A stretch of 64,000 nucleotides of DNA from an uncultured Muribaculaceae bacterium. Its GTDB lineage: Bacteria > Bacteroidota > Bacteroidia > Bacteroidales > Muribaculaceae. Numbering within the stretch: position 1 is the first letter of the stretch; each line of letters starts with the position of its first letter. This document shows, one piece after another, positions 60,737 to 64,000 of the stretch. The DNA is taken from the NCBI GenBank assembly GCA_910586565.1, contig CAJUIT010000012.1, positions 7,768 to 71,767 on the forward strand. Direction: 5' to 3'. Under the pieces are notes generated by a model. The model was not told the DNA's origin and did not search any database. It saw only the letters and a program-made list of their open reading frames with translations. The position numbers were made by a program, and so were the translations under genes.

Positions 60737-61924
60737 ATGACAACACCGACCAAAATTCAATCGATTATTCTTTCAACATTTTTGATGACGATTTTTGCCT
60801 ACGCCCAAGGCTCGTCATTCTGCATTAGCGGTTCCGCCGACAGCTCTCTTGACGGAAACGCTATGAGCCTGATAGCTTTTGATGGAAAAGTAGGCACTTA
60901 TTTAGGCATCGACACAATCACCGACGGAACTTTCTCGTTCAACTTCACAATTGAAGATGAGTCGGATTACAAGAGCTTCGCCCTGCGATGGGAAAATATG
61001 GGAGGTCTGCCGGTTTACTTTTATGCCGAACCCGACTCGCGCGTTGTCATCAACGGAACCGGTAGAGGCTCCAACCTCGCCACATGGAAGATTGAGAGCA
61101 GCGACCCGCGACAGCTTGTGAGGAACAGGTTGGCCGACGCAACTAAAGCTCAACTCGACCGCATAAATGAATTGTACATCGAGACACACAATTATTCCAA
61201 TCAAATGCGCAACGCCCCCGACGAAGAAACACGCAACGCACTACGGCGCAGCATGGACTCTGCCTACAATCTCATCGACAGCGTCCAAATCAGCGCCGAC
61301 AGCATCCTGATTGGGTTGATGCGGCAAATGACTCCAGACAGCAGTTACCTGGAACAGCTTTTGAGTATGTCGCGAAATTTGAAAAACATCGACACCTACC
61401 CCTACCGCAACGAAATTATTGAGTTTTTCGATAGATTGCCCGACGATTTAAAAACAACCGATGAGGGAGAGACTATTTCTCTCGCTCTCTACCCTCCGAA
61501 AGTTCTGGCTCCTGGCGATACTCTACCCACCCATTCATTGATTGATTTGGATGGAAACACGCATCAGCTCTCAGAGTTCCGGGGCAAATACATTCTGGTT
61601 GACTTTTGGAGTGTCGGGTGCTATCCTTGCGTCATGTCGTTTCCCGAGCTCAGCGAAATCGCCGAAACCTACCGCGACAAGGTTCATGTGGTGAAAATTA
61701 ACGTCAATCCCGACAAAACATGGAGGGAGGCGACAACATTCTATGGCCTCACCGGCAATAACTTCCGTGATTCAAAAGAGATGAATGGCCTTTACACCAA
61801 CGCAGCGCAAAATGCCGTGCCCACCTACATGCTCATCAACCCCGACGGAACCGTTCATTCAACATGGTCAGGCTACGTCGAAGGAAGCCTGAAAGCCACC
61901 CTCCTTGAATCCATCCCCCAATAA
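60737..61924 (+). CDS. TlpA-like thiol-disulfide oxidoreductase with N-terminal DUF4369-like domain
   Basis: Trimmed to the ATG (MTTPTKIQSIILSTFLMTIFAYAQG). The thioredoxin fold has a CYPC active site (FWSVGCYPC). Confidence 0.8.
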   Translation: MTTPTKIQSIILSTFLMTIFAYAQGSSFCISGSADSSLDGNAMSLIAFDGKVGTYLGIDTITDGTFSFNFTIEDESDYKSFALRWENMGGLPVYFYAEPDSRVVINGTGRGSNLATWKIESSDPRQLVRNRLADATKAQLDRINELYIETHNYSNQMRNAPDEETRNALRRSMDSAYNLIDSVQISADSILIGLMRQMTPDSSYLEQLLSMSRNLKNIDTYPYRNEIIEFFDRLPDDLKTTDEGETISLALYPPKVLAPGDTLPTHSLIDLDGNTHQLSEFRGKYILVDFWSVGCYPCVMSFPELSEIAETYRDKVHVVKINVNPDKTWREATTFYGLTGNNFRDSKEMNGLYTNAAQNAVPTYMLINPDGTVHSTWSGYVEGSLKATLLESIPQ

Positions 61925-61933
61925 CCCACTCCA

Positions 61934-62112
61934 TTCGGCGTAGCCGCACGTAGAGCCGCCATACATGGCGGCTTGTAACATTTCCGTAAGCGTGGCGGTA
62001 GCGAGTGGCCGGAGACCACTGGTGGATGTAAATTCGTGAGTAAGTGGATGATCGGGGAAGCGCTAAGATACAAGCCGCCATGTATGGCGGCTCTACGTGC
62101 GGCTACGCCGAA
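61934..62112. repeat. Perfect 44-bp inverted repeat separated by a 91-bp spacer
   Basis: Arms 61934-61977 (TTCGGCGTAGCCGCACGTAGAGCCGCCATACATGGCGGCTTGTA) and 62069-62112 (exact reverse complement). Each arm contains the sub-palindrome GCCGCCAT-AC-ATGGCGGC. Confidence 0.9.
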
Positions 62113-62145
62113 GGCAGCAAGGTGGGGTATTTAATGGAAAGAATG

Positions 62146-62910
62146 TCAAAGGGCTCTGGCCGGGCGGTTGCACAGGGGGAGGGTTCGGAGGAACCGGGTG
62201 CCTGTGGTTGGGCGGAGTCCGGCGCACCGCAAGGTTCGGACGAGGGTGTGGGGCGGCCCCTCACGGGTGGATTCTAATAGTAGCGGAGGCGGTTGCGGTG
62301 AGGTGTAGGTGATGAATGGGATTATGAGGTAGGTTGTGGCGTTGCGGAGGGTGATGCGAGGGGAGGGATTGGGTGTGATGCGCTGTAACTGCAGGGGGAA
62401 GTTTCGGCCTCTGTTGGTGTCTTGATAGTGGAGGATAATCAGGCCGCTGCCAACGTAGGGGAAGATGGCCCGGCAGATTTCCAGGAAGTTGAGGTGGTTC
62501 CTACGGAAGGGGCTGTAACGGCGGAAGTTCTGCATGTTGAGCAACAAGGCGAACTCGGGGTTGCAGCCGCGCAGGTGGGAGGGGGTGCGGGGGGAGATGT
62601 TCCACAGCGCCTTGTGGCCGGGGAGGCGGGTGAGGGTGGCGCGGGTTGCGCCCTCGCAGATGATGGCGAGGGTGTGTGGGAGAGAGTGCGAAAGGCGGTA
62701 GTAGAGATAGTTGCGGAGGATTTCGGTGGAGTCGATGCCGGGAGGGTCGATGATGAGCACGGGGGAGGAGGTGGATGCGCGCTCAAGGCGGGATATGACG
62801 ATGCGCTCGGCCCGCGTGAGGGAGCGGCCAATGAAGTGTGCGAAGCCGCGTGAGACGGGCATGGGTGGACGCAACTTGACGGGGCGGGATGTGGTGATGA
62901 GTTTGCGCAT
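62146..62910 (-). CDS. Conserved protein of unknown family (ORF253, copy C; 254 aa)
   Basis: Trimmed to the conserved MRKLIT start. Paralog of 17000-17761 with a synonymous-biased substitution pattern. Confidence 0.8.
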   Translation of the reverse strand: MRKLITTSRPVKLRPPMPVSRGFAHFIGRSLTRAERIVISRLERASTSSPVLIIDPPGIDSTEILRNYLYYRLSHSLPHTLAIICEGATRATLTRLPGHKALWNISPRTPSHLRGCNPEFALLLNMQNFRRYSPFRRNHLNFLEICRAIFPYVGSGLIILHYQDTNRGRNFPLQLQRITPNPSPRITLRNATTYLIIPFITYTSPQPPPLLLESTREGPPHTLVRTLRCAGLRPTTGTRFLRTLPLCNRPARAL

Positions 62911-62917
62911 CGAGGCG

Positions 62918-62925
62918 CAAAGATA
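62918..62925 (-). promoter_or_regulatory. -7 promoter box TATCTTTG for ORF253 copy C
   Basis: Same motif and same 7-nt spacing to the ATG as in copy A. Confidence 0.5.
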
Positions 62926-63046
62926 AAAGGCTCGTTGGTGGGGAGGGGGCTTAAAAGGCGCGAAATTTTGAGGGGGCGGCAAAAGTTTTCAACTTTTCAC
63001 AGCACCAAAAAAAATTGGGGGAGAGAAGAGTGGGGAGCTATGATAC

Positions 63047-63158
63047 AATCGGCGGGCTTCGCACGCCTGTCTTTTTGCGAGCGGTAGAATACCCCCGACG
63101 CCTACGCTCCGCTACGGCAGCGGGGGTTACGAAGAAATCGGCGGGCTTCGCACGCCTG
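63047..63158 (+). repeat. Two exact 23-nt direct repeats AATCGGCGGGCTTCGCACGCCTG, 89 bp apart
   Basis: Copies at 63047-63069 and 63136-63158. The spacer contains a 7-bp-stem GC hairpin (ACCCCCG...CGGGGGT). Confidence 0.85.
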
Positions 63159-63302
63159 CTACGCGCGACGCACCACGCCCCCACATAGCGCGAAAATCAA
63201 AACATGAGATAAGTTAGTCATGAAATTTTCCACGACAAAATTTCCACGACTTAGTTATACAAAAAAATTTAAACAATCTTTTTGTATATTTAAACTTTTA
63301 TA

Positions 63303-63310
63303 TATCTTTG
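63303..63310 (+). promoter_or_regulatory. -7 promoter box TATCTTTG upstream of the C10 peptidase gene
   Basis: TAnnTTTG match in an AT-rich spacer, 80 nt upstream of the ATG. Tandem 14-mers AAATTTTCCACGAC/AAAATTTCCACGAC at 63223-63250 lie further upstream. Confidence 0.4.
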
Positions 63311-63389
63311 CCATTGAACAGGTAATCCTAATCTTAGGAATCAATTCATTTAATCTTTCTCAGAACGCTTACTTAAAAACTTTAACCTT

Positions 63390-64000
63390 ATGAAAAAGTT
63401 ATTCACCTATCTTGGCGTAGCGGTTGCACTATCGGCATGCACCGACAACGCTCCGTTGCCACAGCTCAACGAGTCGCAGCAAACGTCAACCGAAAGCAAT
63501 TCATCAGTGCGTTCAATCAACGATGCCATCAACATTGCAAACACCCTTGCCGAAGCCATCGACGGCAGCACTAACTCACGTGCTACTCACCGCCGGGCAA
63601 GCACAGCAAAGTCTGTATTCACCTACGGTGGCCACCGCAGCCGCGCAAACTCCGACACGCTAATCTATATTGTAAACTACGACAACAACAACGGCTACGC
63701 AATCATAGCCGCCCCCGATGCCGTCAACCCCATTCTCGGTTTTGTGGAAGAGGGCACATTCGGCGATTTTGAATCTGCCAATAACGACGGACTCCAAATG
63801 TTCCTCTCATCCGCCGAAAACTACGTCAGCACCCAAGACCTCAAACCAATCGACCCTGACAGACCTATAATAAAACCTCTTTACACAGAATGGACAACAG
63901 AAGTAAACGACACTGTCGCTCCAAGAGTAACCGTAAAATGGGGTCAGCATCTACCGGAAGGATATTACTTTCCAAATAAACTTGCCGGATGTAGCCAAGT
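63390..64000 (+). CDS. Peptidase C10 (streptopain-like) family lipoprotein, 5-prime partial (runs off the window)
   Basis: Not in the ORF track because it has no stop in the window. I translated it by hand: MKKLFTYLGVAVALSAC (lipobox), Spi-like prodomain (LIYIVNYDNNNGYAIIAAPD), then VKWGQHLPEGYYFPNKLAGCSQ, which matches the catalytic-Cys region of C10 peptidases. No in-frame stop over 203 codons. Confidence 0.75.
   Translation, partial: MKKLFTYLGVAVALSACTDNAPLPQLNESQQTSTESNSSVRSINDAINIANTLAEAIDGSTNSRATHRRASTAKSVFTYGGHRSRANSDTLIYIVNYDNNNGYAIIAAPDAVNPILGFVEEGTFGDFESANNDGLQMFLSSAENYVSTQDLKPIDPDRPIIKPLYTEWTTEVNDTVAPRVTVKWGQHLPEGYYFPNKLAGCSQ

Larger units (their letters stand above)
62119..63013 (-). 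repeat. Copy C of the ~0.9-kb repeated unit (shell plus ORF253 cassette)
   Basis: Collinear with 16968-17863. Confidence 0.8.

Noticed and set aside
61934-62112. The 44-bp inverted repeat as a phase-variable promoter inverton.
   Set aside because: There is no TAnnTTTG box in either orientation of the 91-bp spacer and no recombinase gene adjacent. The flanking genes are both convergent on it, so it faces two 3-prime ends. It is kept as a finding only as an unexplained structure.

Overview
This is a 64-kb chromosomal window from a Bacteroidota (Bacteroidales-like) genome, mid-50s % GC by eye. The lineage call rests on four things: TAnnTTTG (-7) promoter boxes in front of many genes and the tRNA-Cys gene, a cargo protein with a T9SS C-terminal sorting domain, a PPi-dependent phosphofructokinase, and the tig-clpP-clpX-recQ block. 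I support about 50 CDS and 2 tRNAs (Cys-GCA, Ser-UGA). There is no rRNA and no CRISPR array.

Most content is housekeeping: prolyl oligopeptidase, mdh, dus, K+/H+ antiporter, alpha-amylase, pfp, tatD, polyprenyl synthase, UvrD-type helicase, nspC, radC, trkH/trkA, lysC, ftsE-like, tig, clpPX, recQ, ABC-F and purL.

Non-core structure concentrates in a few places:
1. 16.7-20.1 kb: a roughly 1.7-kb block of decayed foreign gene fragments (N-terminally truncated tyrosine integrase and others) lies between imperfect direct repeats of the native maa 3-prime end and its downstream spacer.
2. A ~0.9-kb unit is present at 16968-17863 and 62119-63013. It encodes a 253/254-aa protein I cannot assign to any family, but its substitutions are almost all synonymous, so it is a real gene under selection. 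A third, gene-less shell copy sits at 19911-19999, so ORF plus promoter behaves like a discrete ~0.81-kb cassette. This is my best candidate for something undescribed.
3. A perfect 44-bp inverted repeat with a 91-bp spacer lies at 61934-62112.
4. A 128-bp element with terminal inverted repeats is present twice in opposite orientation (37.8 kb and 50.0 kb). Its ends resemble the neighbouring terminator hairpins.
5. A pseudogenised duplicate of the dus 3-prime end flanks a T9SS cargo gene.
6. A tRNA-Ser-derived relic lies next to the real tRNA-Ser.

All family names come from motif recognition by eye. No database search was possible, and start codons are often uncertain.
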